A stretch of 64,000 nt of DNA. Source: Malacoraja senta. Lineage: Eukaryota. Positions 38,971 to 52,794 of the stretch are shown piece by piece. The notes below the pieces were generated by a model that was not told the DNA's origin, ran no database searches, and saw only the letters and a program-made list of their open reading frames with translations. The stretch spans positions 25,296,001-25,360,000 of the forward strand of contig CM075983.1 of NCBI GenBank assembly GCA_038087875.1, written 5' to 3'. How positions within the stretch are numbered: position 1 is the stretch's first letter; each line of letters opens with the position of its first letter. The position numbers and the translations under genes were made by a program.

Positions 38971-40417
38971 ATTCCTTGGAGTTGCTACTGAGTGATTGGA
39001 GAACTGTGCATTCAGAAGGGATGAGATTGAAGTGTGTAAGTGGATTGGTGAAGTTAAGATGGTTGATGTTGCACTGTTATTACAACAACAAAAATGTCCA
39101 GAGAGGGTAGAACGGCCACATGGGGAGTCCATTAGGAGCAGGAATGTTGGCATTCTTTGGTAAACCTGGTATTACACATAGCATGCCACCCCCTCCCCTG
39201 TCCTGCAGTTCTGCCTGAACCCGGGTTAATCTCCTGCCTTGATTGCAACAACTGAATGAGGAATCTGCGGGGCCAAGAGATTACAGATAGTAGCAATGTA
39301 TATTCCTACTGCTGATGATGACCCACTTTGCCCCAGGAATGCCCAATATTGATCTGTCAGGTCTGTTGGGAATCTATTCCACTTTGCATGATGGGCAGGC
39401 AACATTGTTTTCATGTCCAATATGAGACTCACCGAACAGACACACAGCCCTGGCCACCATCAAGGCAATAGAGAAGGCACGAAGGCAGAGGACCATCTTA
39501 AGAACATTTTCAAACTTCCTGGGGAAACTACAACAACTACAATGATGTGACTGATCAAAATAGATGAGAAACACCTGTAAGAGTACTGAAGATCTTGTAA
39601 CCCTGCATCTGGCACACACAAATCACAGCGGAAATGGTGGAAGGAGCACTTCACTTCCTCAACTACCCACATGGCTCATCCACCACCTGCTGCTCCACTT
39701 GCGGCAGGGTCTGTGGATTCAAATTGGCTTCATCAGCCTCCTTGAAACTGAAAGAACATGAGTGGAAGCCATCATCTTAAATGCCAAAGGATTGTCTAAG
39801 AAGGATTGACATACAACACAACGTGAAGGTGTGACATAGACTGCACAAGAACGGCGGGTCATCACTTCTACCAAAGCTGTTATGTTCTGATGTATCTGCT
39901 ACCGGTACATTGCTGAGGATGAGTATTGCTGAGATAGATAGGATTGTTCCTATGTCAGACTCATTCTGGCAGCTATTTCTATCTGGATTCAGACTGCTTG
40001 CCTATTGTGATGCTACTGTGCCATTTTCGGTGATGGAACTTAGTTCCCCACCCAGTCTTCATTCAGTGCCTTTGGCACTTTCAATCCATCATCCAAGTGT
40101 TGTTCAACATGGAGGACCTGTGATTCATCAGCTGAGAAAAGGCAACAGGTGGTGGTCAAACGATCTCTTGCCAGTATTTGTGATACCATTAGACTTCTTT
40201 CTGATCCATAAACAGTCCATCGCATCTTTGCTATCTTTGTCCCTGTTAGTGTGTTAAGATATCCACAGGATTATGATGGAAGAGTCTGACTTGTTGTTTG
40301 AAGATATGATTCTGTGAGAATGACAAAGTCAGGCTGTGCCATGACTTGCCTGTGGAACGACCTTCTTAATCTCGAAATTAGTCCCCAAATGGTTCAAAAG
40401 ATGATGCAAGATTAACA

Positions 40418-40640
40418 GAGACACAAGGAACTGCAGATGTTGGAATCTTGGGTAAAGCACAAAGTGCTGGAGGAACTCAGCGAGTCAGGTAGCATCCCTG
40501 GAGGACATGAAGAGGCGACGTTTTGGGTTGGGACTCTTCTTCAGTCTGAAGAAAGGTCCCAACCCAAAACATTGCCTAATTATGTGCTCTGGGGATGCTG
40601 CCAAACCCACTGAGTTACTCCAACACTTTTTGTTTTACTA
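40418..40640. mobile_element. Fold-back (palindromic) Penelope-derived short element with hammerhead-like cores on both strands
   Basis: ~90-bp imperfect inverted arms centred on CTTCAG-T-CTGAAG (T40545). Confidence 0.75.
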
Positions 40641-41439
40641 AAAATTACAATGGTTGCTTCCTTGCAGAACAGCCAAAGCTTATTAACATGTTCCTTCGCT
40701 CCATAGATGCTGCCTCACCCGCTGAGTTTCTCCAGCAATTTAGTCAAGCTTATTAACATTGTTTCTCTGAAACCCTACTATATAAAGCACCAGGATTCAA
40801 ACTGCATTCTTTGCCAAAGTGCTTCACATCACCCTGTGCATTTTGCCTATACTTAAGAGTGAAACTTACGTGCACTTTCAATGGGTTTTCTGTACAACTT
40901 GAAGATTGGTATACACATAACATACTCTATCTGGTTGGCATGGATATGAATTATATATTTTGGCATCATGGAGGCCAAAGTGATAATGTGGGAAGATTCA
41001 TTGAAGCACTCTTCAGCCATCATCTTATTCACCCAGTTTGCAGGACTTGTGTATATAGTCTGACTTCTCCGAGATACAATGTCTATGCAGACAAAAAATC
41101 TTTCAATAGGTTAATGTAATATGATATATCAAAGTTGACACAGTGGGTATTATAGAGGACAACCTGGCTATGCTATTCTGAGAAGCTCATAAATGTCAAA
41201 CATCTTTAAAATAGCATTAGAGCAAAATAAAACACTGATTTAATTCCATTAAAAAAGCAGCAAGAAATTCCTACGCTGATATATATGCAACAGCAACAGG
41301 GTTTAACAGCAGTGAGGAATTAAATAGTTAACATCAATAGTGAGAAAGTAAAAACATAAATATATGGATCCAATACCATATTTATCACAGAGGTCTTATG
41401 GAAGGTACTGCAGAGCAAGACAACAACAATGATCTTTCC

Positions 41440-42400
41440 AATACCCCAGATTCTAGAACAGATTAGAAACTAGAGGAAGCAATACTAGTTTTAAAGAAAG
41501 GAGGGAGAGAGAAAATAAAGAATTATAAACCGATTAGCCTGACATCCATTAGCAAAATGCCAGAATCCACTACAAAGGAAGTGGCACTTGGAAAATCATA
41601 GGCAGATTCAACACAGCTATATGCTTGACAGAGTTAATAGATTGTTAAGGATGTAACTGGCAGAGTGAATAAGGAGGAACCTATAAGTGTCGCGTAATTA
41701 CATTTTCAAAAGGCAGTATTAGATGTTTTAAGGACTGACCAGGATTGGATTACATATTACCAAGGATAGAGGATTGGTTTAAGGCAAAATACCCAGATTG
41801 AGCTGTGGAGAGGACAAATCGTGACTGTAAAGGAACAAAGAAAACTTAAGCAAATAGGCAAGAAAATGACAGAGGGAAACAATGTGAGTTGACGTGGAAA
41901 AACGGAATGCCTTTAGACTATCTGGAAATATTGGTGTGTAGAGAGATGTGTGAGATACAGAAACACGTGAATTCAGTGTGCAGTTTAGGAAGGCAAATTG
42001 AATATTGATCATCATTTCACATTAACTAAAGTCGAAAGATAACAGTCTGTCTGCAGTTGCCGCTGACATTGGTGACGCTGCTCCTGAAGAGTTGTGTGGC
42101 CTCTGTACCTGCCTTGCAGTCGTTGCAGCATACATGAGGTGTGTTAGGTTCCTAGGGTGAGAGAGTTGTCCTGAGTAAGGATCACACTCACTGGGCTGAG
42201 AGTAATCTCAGTAAGGCTTACAAATAGTTTGAGAGATATTGAAGGGTACTTGCTGGGGGAAAAGTATCAGGATAAAGGGTTGGTAATAAGGAACTGAAAT
42301 ATCAAGTAATGTTTTCATCCAGAGAATTATATGGAGTCCACAGTCATCATTTTGTCAACATAGGCAAATCAAAGTACAGATGTGAGGTGAGGGGAGGGGA
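41440..42400 (+). mobile_element. Old decayed CR1-like LINE
   Basis: tttaaagaaaggagggagag...aattataaaccgattagcctgacatc (NY.PISLTS motif). Confidence 0.6.
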
Positions 42401-42459
42401 ATTTTAAAGTTACAATGGAAAATCATCCCCATGATTAACATGTGGTAAATGAATCAAAT

Positions 42460-43640
42460 GTAGAAAAACAGCCACATATACAAGTCAAACTGCATTCAAG
42501 CACTTGTACAACTTGTTCATAATAAGTAAAACATCATGTGCTTTTTTTTAAATTAACAACATTTAAATACAAGAATATCATTCAAATTCACTGCATCCAA
42601 ACACACTCATGTAGCATGCAACTTCACAGTTAGCAAATACAGAGCACTCTGGCAAATACATGCAGCATATAAGCATACACTGTTCAAACACACTCACAAA
42701 GCAGGCATACCTGCAGCCTTTAAACAGCTCCTGCAATAATCAAGCTACTCATACAGTGATCAAATTCACAGTATGCAAATAAACTCCTCGAACTTTCAAA
42801 TGCTCAGCATTTAAATACTCAAACATTCAAGCAAACATTAAAATATATTCCACTCAAATACACTTGTACAGCAACAAAATTCACAGCATTGGTTTACACT
42901 TAAAACAGCTTTCAAATTCATTATATGCAAACACAATCACACTACTTTCAGGCGCACGAGCAAGAGATTGAATATTTCATCTTCTTCATGTTTCTTCATG
43001 ACGCAGAAAAGGCCGTTCAGCCCATTAAATCTCTGCCAGCTCTCAGACTCCATTAGTCCCATTCTCCAATTGTTTCCCGGTGACCTATTCTGCCTCACGT
43101 GCCCATCAAAACAATCACAGAAAGTGCAAACTTCACTCAGGCAGCTCCCTGGTTCTGGATCAAACCCAGAAGCTGTGTGACAGCAGCACTGACTGCTGCA
43201 CCACTCCGCTGCCCTTAAGATTGCGGCCTTCACTGTCACCATCACCTTTAAATGAAATTCATACTGTTCAAAAACATTTCGTCAGCCTTCAAATTCACAT
43301 CTTTCAAACACTCTCGTAAAGCATTCGAGCACTCTCATAAAGTATTCAAACACATTCATACAGCCTTCAAATTCACATTATTCAGTCGTCCAGCATTCAT
43401 ACAGCATTCAGGAACATTGATACGCCATTCAATCATACTTGTACAACATTCATGCAAAAGTATGCTGCCTTCACCTTCACAATATCCAACACACATTCTT
43501 CCAGACTTCAACTGCAAGCAGTTAAATACACCCTGGTACACTCACATTCTCAGCAAACACCCTTTTCAAACCTATTGGAAGAAACACAACTTTGCACCAC
43601 TTAAACATACTCCCGCAGGATGCAAACACAAGATATTTAA
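42460..43640. repeat. Degenerate composite minisatellite of 15-nt (TTCAAATTCACAGCA) and 21-nt (TTCAAACACACTCATACAGCA) subunits, interrupted by an old SINE (~42990-43230)
   Basis: Units are clearest at 43288-43410. Strong CA/TG strand skew. Confidence 0.7.
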
Positions 43641-43729
43641 CCTTATTTTTCTTCTTAGTTTTGGAGTTGAGGGATCTAAATCCAGCTCTTTATATTCTAT
43701 TCCAGGTCTTTAGATTCCAGGATGGATGA

Positions 43730-44900
43730 AGAGGCCAATGGGATCTTGCAGTCTGTGTCACGTGGGGAAAAGGTGCCTGATAGAGTGAATGGGTGGTACT
43801 AGGTTTTCTGGGCTTTCATGTGCTCTCAACAGGAGGCACTGTGATCTGAGTGCCGTTGTGAATATTCCTTCTGCATCTTCAGCTTTCATGGGTTTGACAT
43901 TCCCACTAGGTGTTTTTTCAAGGAGGCTTTATGAGCATCCTTGAACTGTTTCCTTTATGGATAGAGTACACTTAGTTTAATTTAGAGATACAGCGTGGAT
44001 ACACACCGAGATCATGCTGGCCAGTGATCCCCATACACTAGCACTACCTTGCACACACTATGGATAATTTACAATTTTTACCAAACCAATTAACCTACAA
44101 ACCTGGAGGTCTTTGGAATGTGGGAGGAAGCCAGAGAAAACCGACGCAGGTCACGGGCAGAACGTACAAACGCCGTACAGACAGCACCTGTAGTCAGAAA
44201 TCAAACGCAGGTCTCTGGCGCTGTAAGGCAGCAACTCAACTGCTGCGGCACCGTGCTGTGCTCCATTGTTTTGGAGTGAACTCAGATGTATGGTCTCTTC
44301 ATCAGACCTAGTTGAGTTCGACAGGGGCCTCAATTACCACGGATTTGGTTTTTGGATGCTGATATTGTGTTCCCTTTCCTATCAGTGTATTTGGAGGATT
44401 TTGTGAAGACAACATTGAAGCCATCTTCCCAGAACTTTGAGGTGTCCTCTGCATGTAGTCCATATTGCAGAGCATATAGGAGGGTAGGGATTGTTCCTGC
44501 CAGGTAAACCATGAGCTCTAGACAGGTTTGAGGTCTTCATCTTCCAAGCTCCTTCAACAGAAAAAGGCTGTGCCAGTGCATTGAAGGCAATTGTTACTTT
44601 CATCTTCCTGTCGATCTTCACTGAGAGGATGCTCCCAAAATATGGGAAGTTTTCCAGGGTCAAAACATGGATCTTTTCTGTGGTGGTGTTTATGGGAGAG
44701 GGGGTGATTTTCTGCACTGGATAAAGTTGATGGAAGGCCTTATTTTGCAAAACATTGACAAAGAGGGGTAACAGACACAAATTTGCATCTGAGAAGAGAA
44801 GTAAATGCCAGGATGGAATAATTGTAAACATCTTCAGGAAAAGATGCAAATCCCATGTTGAGAACTACAGTGGGGACTCCCTGGTCTCTGCCCCAGGCTC
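43730..44900 (-). mobile_element. Decayed RTE-clade LINE with nested HE1 SINE
   Basis: LENFPYFGSILS..ID and QCCLHKILQI motifs; MVYLAGTIPTLLY. Confidence 0.65.
43972..44264 (-). mobile_element. HE1-type SINE
   Basis: Homologous to other copies (ccaattaacctacaaacc...ctggcgctgtaaggcagcaact). Confidence 0.85.
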
Positions 44901-47167
44901 ATTGCCAGAATTCTCCTTAACTCTCTCCTCCCTGTGGCTGAAGATCTTCTCTTTGAGGTGGATCCCTTGCGTCTGAAGCCACAGTGGACACAACCTTCAC
45001 TGTGTATAAGCTTCAAGGAAAATGGAGGGAACGGCATTCACATGTATAGCCTTTTATTTTTGCAAAATCTTTCGACTTGCTCGATCAAAACGGACTGTGA
45101 AAAACCCTCTGCAAATTTAGCTGTTTGCAGAAATTCAACCCTGCCCCATGTCTGTTACATAATGACATTCATGCCATGATTAGAATCACAGAGTCCGTCA
45201 CAGAGCCAATAACAGTGCAATTTCAGGCTCAAGGCTATATCATTGTTCCTACATGTTTCTCAACCTTCCTCGCTGTGATATTTTACATCATCTCCAACAA
45301 GCTTTCTGCTGGAGTGGAGGTAATCTAGAGGATGAATGGGAACTTATGGCTGCCATTCCAGGACCAAAGTCACCGCTACCAAGCTGTGGTTTAGAAGTTA
45401 TATTTCCATATGCTTACCTTACGAGGGTGAGCTTCATATCATCATCTGCTCATTTGCTGATGTATATGGGAACATTGGGCTTCCATTTGAACTTCTTCAT
45501 AATCTTTCAAACACATTGAAGCTCACTCAGGTTTGGGAAATATTAAAATTCAGATCATTTAAATGTACAGTCATCAAACATACAGCCATCAAATTAATTG
45601 ACTTAAAACATGATCATATAGCTTTCAGACATACACACACAACATTGAATATTGATTAGAAAATTCTGTTTGCGTATGGCCACACTCTGGCAATAAAGGA
45701 AGCCCTGGACAGAAAGGTTAGTATTCATCCCCGTGAAGAAAGATCCGCCGAGCTTGGTCTCGAAGACCAGAGAGTTGAGGTGGAGGGAACTGCTGCCGAT
45801 GATGAATGCAAGTAGTGGGCCAGTAGGAGATGCAATGTAACATGTCCTGTGACAAGGTCAGATAGAAACATAACATAATGCTGGACCATTCCAAGAATTA
45901 ACCTGAGATTAGCAACATTTTAGATGTATTACCTCTGATGACTTCTACAATTTTTCCTCATCTGGAAGCAGTCCATTTTCCTCTTCATGCAGACCTAAAT
46001 AAATCATTCCAAAGGCACTTTTGCTTTTTATAGGGATTACATTATGTTGATGATATCTTCTGAATACTTCCTCAAATCCGTAAAGGATTTCCTCCTCACT
46101 AATGGTTGCAATTAGAATGTAACTCAGATTGCACAAACAAGACTTTATCACTAGCAGTATCTTATCCAAAGATATCTTGAATATCTTTGGAGATGTTTTA
46201 ACCCTATGGCATCTTAACATAAGTCCAGAACACTTTGTGAACATTAATTGTCAAGTAGTGCTGAACATCTGTGCCTATATTAAAGTGGCCTTGAAGCAGG
46301 TCTAATTTAATGAAAATGTTTGTCCCTGCCAATTTCAGCATAGAAATCTGTTCTGAGCAAGTAGTATTGGTTTATCATTCACCACTTTAGTTAGAGTCAC
46401 TCTATCATCTCTGCCAAACCAAAAGCTTTTATCTGCTTTGGAAATCATGATGAGGCCCAACAATGTTTCTCCAGTTTATTTCACTTTTCTCCTGGACATT
46501 TAACACAGTGCTGGATTTATAATTGATGAGGTCAACATTTTGGTTTGATACATACATCCATGAGTTTGGTGCCCTTTAATGCTTGTGTTTGCAAACATGT
46601 TGCCATATTGTTACTGATGATTCTTTTGATGTATTTGCACAAAATATATTTTGCCAATCTATCCTCAATCTCATTATGCTTTGGTATTTTTTTACATAAT
46701 CAGACTTACTTTTGCTCACGTGTGGTAGAAAGGGACACACACTCCATTTGTCCTGGAATTCCCAAATATTTTCTTAATTGTGATGTGTTTCAATTCTTTG
46801 AATTGAATTTTCCTAAATCTTTGGTCATTTGCACACTTCCCACAATGGAGCAGTTTGCAATGTCATCAATACTCTGATCAGTGTCTTGACTGCTAAATAT
46901 TATTTTAACTGTGAAATTGCTGTTTTTAATCACTATATGTGGCATGTATTTATGTAAAGGACACTCCTCACATTGCTTATCCTCCTCATTTGTGATTTAG
47001 ACATGTTTTCTGGAGCATTTTCTTTTTCTTTACGTTTGGTCATTGGCTGATTGTCATGATTTGGCTAGCCATGACATGGTCAGCCCTGCATACAGAGATA
47101 ATACTCCCTTTCTTACTACAGTCAAAACATATTGCTGCTATGAATTAGCAAACGTATATTGACTAAA

Positions 47168-47628
47168 AGGACACAAAGTGCTGAAGTGTGTCAGGCAACA
47201 TCTCTGACGAACATGGATGGTTGACGTTTCAGGCCAGAACCCTTCTTCTGACTGATGCATGTTCTCCATGGATGCTCCATGACCTGCTGAGTTACTCCGA
47301 CACGTTCTGTCTCTTTGTGCAGAGGAAGAAAGCTGGGAGAGAGGAGAGGCAGGACAAAGTCTGGCAGGTAACAGGTTGACACTGTTAAGGGGCGGGGGGT
47401 GGGGGGGGGGGGTGGTGATAGGTAGATGGTTGGAATAAAAGCCAGAGATAAAAGCAGAATGTGTGAGAGTCTGATTGAAGTTGCAAATTGTGAAGCCAGA
47501 GGAAGAAATGTAGTGGAGGGGGAGGGAGAGGGGGAGAAATAGGTGAGGCACAGGTGGGTGTGGGGGAGAAAAGGGAGAGGGAGGGGTTGTTAGAGGTCAC
47601 CTAAAATTGGAGAATTAAATGTTCATTG
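47168..47628 (-). mobile_element. Penelope-like 3' fragment / fold-back terminal repeat
   Basis: Ends in aatgaacatttaattctccaattttagg on minus (MNI.FSNF remnant). Hammerhead-like core at 47222-47250 (-). Confidence 0.6.
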
Positions 47629-48118
47629 AATTCCCAAGTTTGGTTTGCCACAAAATAATGTGTAAATGGAAGATGGGTGTTGTTCCAAAGTAGCACCTTG
47701 ACATTCTCAGAATGTTCTTTGCCCACTTTGAAGGGTCATGAAGCAGGAGTAGGGGGGTTATTTCATTTTATAAGGATGCTATGAGCATGTCCTTGAATTG
47801 TTTTCCTTGTAATCTCTACCCATGTTAGAACTTGGAATTAAGCATCGGTTTCAGCGTAGCTGACTGGGAGTAATTAATACTTTAATACAGGGGATATTGG
47901 CGGTGAAAGATCAGTGACACTGATTAACATGTTACCACGAGCATTGCCAGTATTTCTCATTTACCTTGAGATGACTCCTACAGATAGTTCAGGTCACAAA
48001 AGCAGAAAGGAGGCCAGGGATCATTCCAGCTCAGTGTTTGCCAGGTCTGAAGACTGGCAAATACCCTTTTGAATTTCAAATACCCTTTTGATCATTTGAC
48101 TAAAAAGTGACACTGTAA

Positions 48119-48827
48119 AGGGCCTGTCCCACTAACGCGACTTTTCAGCAACTGTCTTCGACCTTCAAGGTCGAGGGCACTCGCCTGAAAAACCTTGAGA
48201 TGGATCGACCGTCAGCGATGAAACCGCAAGCTGGATCGACCATCAGCACACACACACACACAAACACATCACAAAGGCGGGGGCCAGGGAAAGCGGGGGA
48301 GCGCTGTCTGAAATTCACACCCGCGATGAACAGTAAGGTAAAAGACGTCTGGCACAGTGTGCAGTAAGTCCTTTAGAGAGCGTGGAGGGGGGGTGGGGGG
48401 GAAGATAACGGGAGAGAGGGGGAGAGAAGGGAGGGAGAAGGAGTGGAGACACTTTTAAGAAGCCAGACAACTTTTTATAAAGTTTAGCGGGCATTTAACA
48501 TGACCGGTCGGTTTTCCTTGGTTCTGAAAACTCCAATGAGCCAATTAAAATGCCCGGTCAGCAAAGGAGATTGCCTACGGCTATCCCGACTGCCTATAAC
48601 TACATAGCGACCCCATTCCACTGCACTACGAGTTCAAAAGAACCATGCCGACCAATTTTTACTCGCGGAAAATTTTTCAGCGTTCCCGAGTATGCGGGAA
48701 CTTCCCTCGAGCATGAAGGAGAGTTACAGTGACCTCCTAGGACCACGTGTCGCCCATGCTGCGAGTTTGAGTCGAGTGCAAACTCTTCTAAACTCGCAAA
48801 TTAGGTCCCCACAGTGGGACAGGCCCT
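48119..48827. mobile_element. PIF/Harbinger-type MITE (709 bp)
   Basis: Perfect 15-bp TIRs AGGGCCTGTCCCACT / AGTGGGACAGGCCCT. TAA TSD at 48116-48118 and 48828-48830. CpG-rich. Confidence 0.92.
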
Positions 48828-49136
48828 TAACACATTGACTGTGGTGGTGAGATGTCATCATAAATGTTGGCCTTCGGTTAGATGGGGCTCCCAAGAAATA
48901 GGAAGTGATCCACATTTTTTGGGGTCTTACAGTGAACCTTATTTTTGGAAGACTGTCTGGTTTAGCAATAGTTGAAGTTATAAAGTGGTAGCGCACAGCT
49001 CTCACATACAATGTTAGCACACAAAGACACCACGTGCTGGAGGAACTCAACAGGTCAGGCAGCATCCTTGGAGAACATGTATAGGTGACGTTTTGGGTCG
49101 AGGCTGTTCAGACTGATGGATGTTTTCTAGGTATCA

Positions 49137-49405
49137 ATTTAGTTTAGAGATACAGTATGAAACAGGCCATTTGGCCCACCGAGTCCTCGCCAACCAGCAA
49201 TCTGCATCCACTAGCACTATTCTACACACTAGGTACAATTTCGAAGCCAATTCACCTACAAACCTGTACATCTTTGGAACGTGGGAGGAAACTGGAGCAA
49301 CCAAAGAAAACCCACGCAGTCACAGAGAGAATGTACAAACTCCGTACAGATAGTACCCGTAATCAGGAACGATCTGACACTGTAAAAAAGGCCACCATGC
49401 CACCC
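49137..49405 (-). mobile_element. HE1-type SINE nested in a Penelope-derived fold-back repeat (~49020-49490)
   Basis: SINE homology; both flanks match the arms of the 40418-40640 element. Confidence 0.8.
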
Positions 49406-49499
49406 ACATGCTGCCTGATCTGCTGAGTTACTCCACCACTTTGTGTTCTTTTGTGTATTAACCAACATCTACAGTTCTTTGTTTCAACTACATCCAATG

Positions 49500-52400
49500 A
49501 TAATACCTTATTCGGTTATAATAGTTTCTACCTAATGTTAGCACACACAGCTCTCACATCGACAATGTAATGCCCAGGCAAAGTGATTGCAATATTTATT
49601 AACATTTGAAATGTAATGTTAATATGCACAACCTTTATAACACTGCATAACATTGCTGCATAAGCACAAAGTATTATAGTTTGCAGCCACATACAATACA
49701 CAGCCCTCACAAACATTACACTCATTCAGTCTCTGTACCGCAGTGACAAGCGGAGCCTTTGATTGACTTGTGCACATACAGCATTGAGCTGACTGTCTCA
49801 GTATGCCTAGTAAAAAGAAACATTGGCTCAAGGTGTTAAAAATCCTAGAAACACAGCAACCAACAATTAACTACCGAGTAACCAGTCTCTCTGCCAACAG
49901 TGATCATTTATTCAAAAGATTAGTGAGATGCTCTGGGTTTGTTTTTTTGACCAAGAAACCGGCACACCTGGCGTTTAGCCATGATGTCACTTTGACCGGG
50001 AAATCTTTTGGGGAATCATCATCCTGAGCAAATGATCAAAAATTAACATCTGAAGTCAGCATCAAAGTGGTGGAATTTACCTCATTGCTGTATTAAAACT
50101 AATTTGTTGACGTTAGTTAAAGTTTGCATTGATAAATGTTTTGCCTCCTCTCTTGTCTCTTCTTGTCCGTTCCCTGTGCTCCACATTATTAATTTATTAC
50201 CATTATCTTGACACACATTTGAAACCTATTTTTGGTTCCAAATAAATTAATAATTCATTGTTATCTCCTATTATTTTCCCCATGTTGTTTGGTGTTGTTC
50301 AGTGAAAACAATCAATGCGGCAATGGAAGAAAATTTGAAAAATAGGGATAAAAGTAAACAGAAAAACAACAAAGTTGAAAAGAAAAAGAAACACACACGT
50401 TCTGAAAATTGCAACTGAGAATATCAACGTTACTGGAGCTGAACATTGATCAACGACACTGTGCTGTTTTGCTACATCCATTTTTGCACTGGCCCAAAGA
50501 GTACCATACCAATTCCATGCAGTCCATTTAAAACAAAACAATTTTCTCTTATTCTTTCACAGAAAAAATCTTTCGTTGTTGTTTTTTGAAAGAATGACAC
50601 AGAAATCGTGGCCCATTTACTCTCTATGGCATTTATACTTACACATAAGTCTCTTCCTATTCCATTTGTAATGTATGCACACTGTCTGTTGACATAATAA
50701 AAACAACATTTTATTTTTTCTTTCTTATTTTTAGGGTGCAGACTAAGAATCAGGAATCCAACGTGACCCACTTTTACTCATTCCATGTAGGATGATAAGG
50801 CTACCAGATGGATTCTAGCACGTCCACAACCCAAATATTAAATGTATCATTCCACCTTTAAGCCATCATTCTAAACAGTAATACCAGAATGCTGTATTTG
50901 AACTGTACAGCATGTATAAACCAGGAAAATGACGTGAGTTGACATTGGTGCCCAGAATAGAAGACTGATAATAACATGGGCTTGCACTGAATTTGTAATA
51001 CCATCCCCAATACAAGAACACACACCAGGAATGCAATCCTCTGAAGCCCAGGATTGTGTATGGGTTTATGATAAGCTGATATACATCAAACTACAACAAT
51101 GAAGTGCAAAATGTGAATGTAGGTATAAGTACAGCAATATTTTCATACTGTGTGAATGCATTTATAATCATAGCAATAATATGGTATACAATGTGTATGC
51201 ACATTGTACTTACAAGCATACAGTATAGACTCATATAACACCATGAGGCACCAAGTATAAATTGGCCAGATTGATGCAGATTTATTGAAAAAGTCCTGAA
51301 CAGAATCAGGAAAGTCTCAGGGAAAGACAGATAATGCTTGAATCCCATCAGATATCAATTCAATGTCTCGTCACTGACAAAAAAAAATCAAGTGGGATTT
51401 TATGTTCCTTTATTGTGCTGAGGATCAGTATATAGAGACTTTATTTGTTGATTGGAGACTGAGTGGGATATTACTGACAAATTAATAAGAAATAATTTGA
51501 ATGCTGTTAAGTAGCACAGATGATTCAAAGGAATGGTTAAAACTGCAAAAGCATAAGAAAATACTGAAATGTGTGTACGCAACTAAATGAACTCTAAAAT
51601 ATGTATAACTACATTAGGGAGTAGATTTTAGGGGGTGCAATACAGAATTGGTGGTATTGGATTGGTTGCCAATTATATTTTTCTCCTGGTTTTTATTTTT
51701 ATTTATGTTGGGAAAATTATGCAGACAATTTAATCAAAATAATATTAAATATTTGGGTGTTAAATCAATATTAAATCCTAACTCATGCCATTTTGTTCAC
51801 TTCCCACATAGGATTCCAGTTGAGCATCACAATGATTTTAAAGCTCTCATCTTTATTTTCAAACCACTTCCTCCCCTTGGTCATCTTTGTCTCTGTAACC
51901 TCCCCCAGGCTGATAATGGTCCCAACCCACTACATCCCTCGCCCAACCCAGTCTCTCAGTCTCTTAAAGTAGACTCCCATAAATCTATTCTCTAACCAAA
52001 TGTTGTTCATTTGCCCTCAAATTGTTGTCAAATTTCACAAAACTGCTGCGTATCACATAAGGACGTAAAAATAGTTATATAAATGCAAGTAGTTCACATA
52101 TCAGAACCATAGCATGACAGAGAAGCCATCAATACAGGAACACTTTAATACAGGACAAAGTGCTGGCACATTCATAAAATCTCCAGGAACAGGGATGCAG
52201 GGTAGAATTTTGTTCTTATTATGAGATTTTGGGATTCTACAAGTCTTTAGAGAATCATCTGTTTACATGTACATTTATTTTATGGTGACTGAAAAAAACA
52301 GCATTTTATTTTTATTGCATGTAATTATATGAATTGGGAAAATGATTATGTCCCTTTCCATCAATCAGTAGTTCATGGCATGTGGGCATATGAAACAGAG

Positions 52401-52611
52401 GGTTTTTATTGGCTGCAGATTTACTGACTGTCGCCCCTTCACTGAGTGTTCCCTTTCATTATCTTTCACTGTAAGCAGGAAACTGTAGCCCATCTTCCCA
52501 TCTGTTGTGCTGCTGTAGGCCTAGGTCACCTGTAGGCCTTGTGCATGTTGCCATATTGTAGGTAAGCTGTTTGTCCTGAAGGCCTTGTAGTTAATTAGTA
52601 TGTATAACTAT
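49500..52611 (-). other. Probable long 3' UTR of the minus-strand gene
   Basis: Follows the stop at 52612. Nearly free of recognisable TEs over 3 kb. U-rich on minus with several AATAAA (plus TTTATT, e.g. ~52274, ~50710, ~49596). Confidence 0.45.
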
Positions 52612-52794
52612 TCACACGCCAGCACCAACAGCAGGCAGCTGGATTTCTTTAGGGACCCTTTTCATTACACTTTGCTGGTGACTAGCTCCAGGCAATGACA
52701 CAACAGATGAAGGGCGACTGGTTCGGACAACCCTTGGACTCCTCGTGGTCACGTGAGTCAGTGTCAGCTGTGAGGCAGTCATGCCTGGAAGAGC
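52612..52794 (-). CDS. Candidate terminal coding exon of an unidentified host gene (ALPGMTASQL...LPAVGAGV*)
   Basis: Acceptor ttgtgtttcag| precedes a GC-richer 60-codon open frame in non-repeat sequence. The reading frame is uncertain. Confidence 0.55.
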   Translation of the reverse strand, partial: ALPGMTASQLTLTHVTTRSPRVVRTSRPSSVVSLPGASHQQSVMKRVPKEIQLPAVGAGV

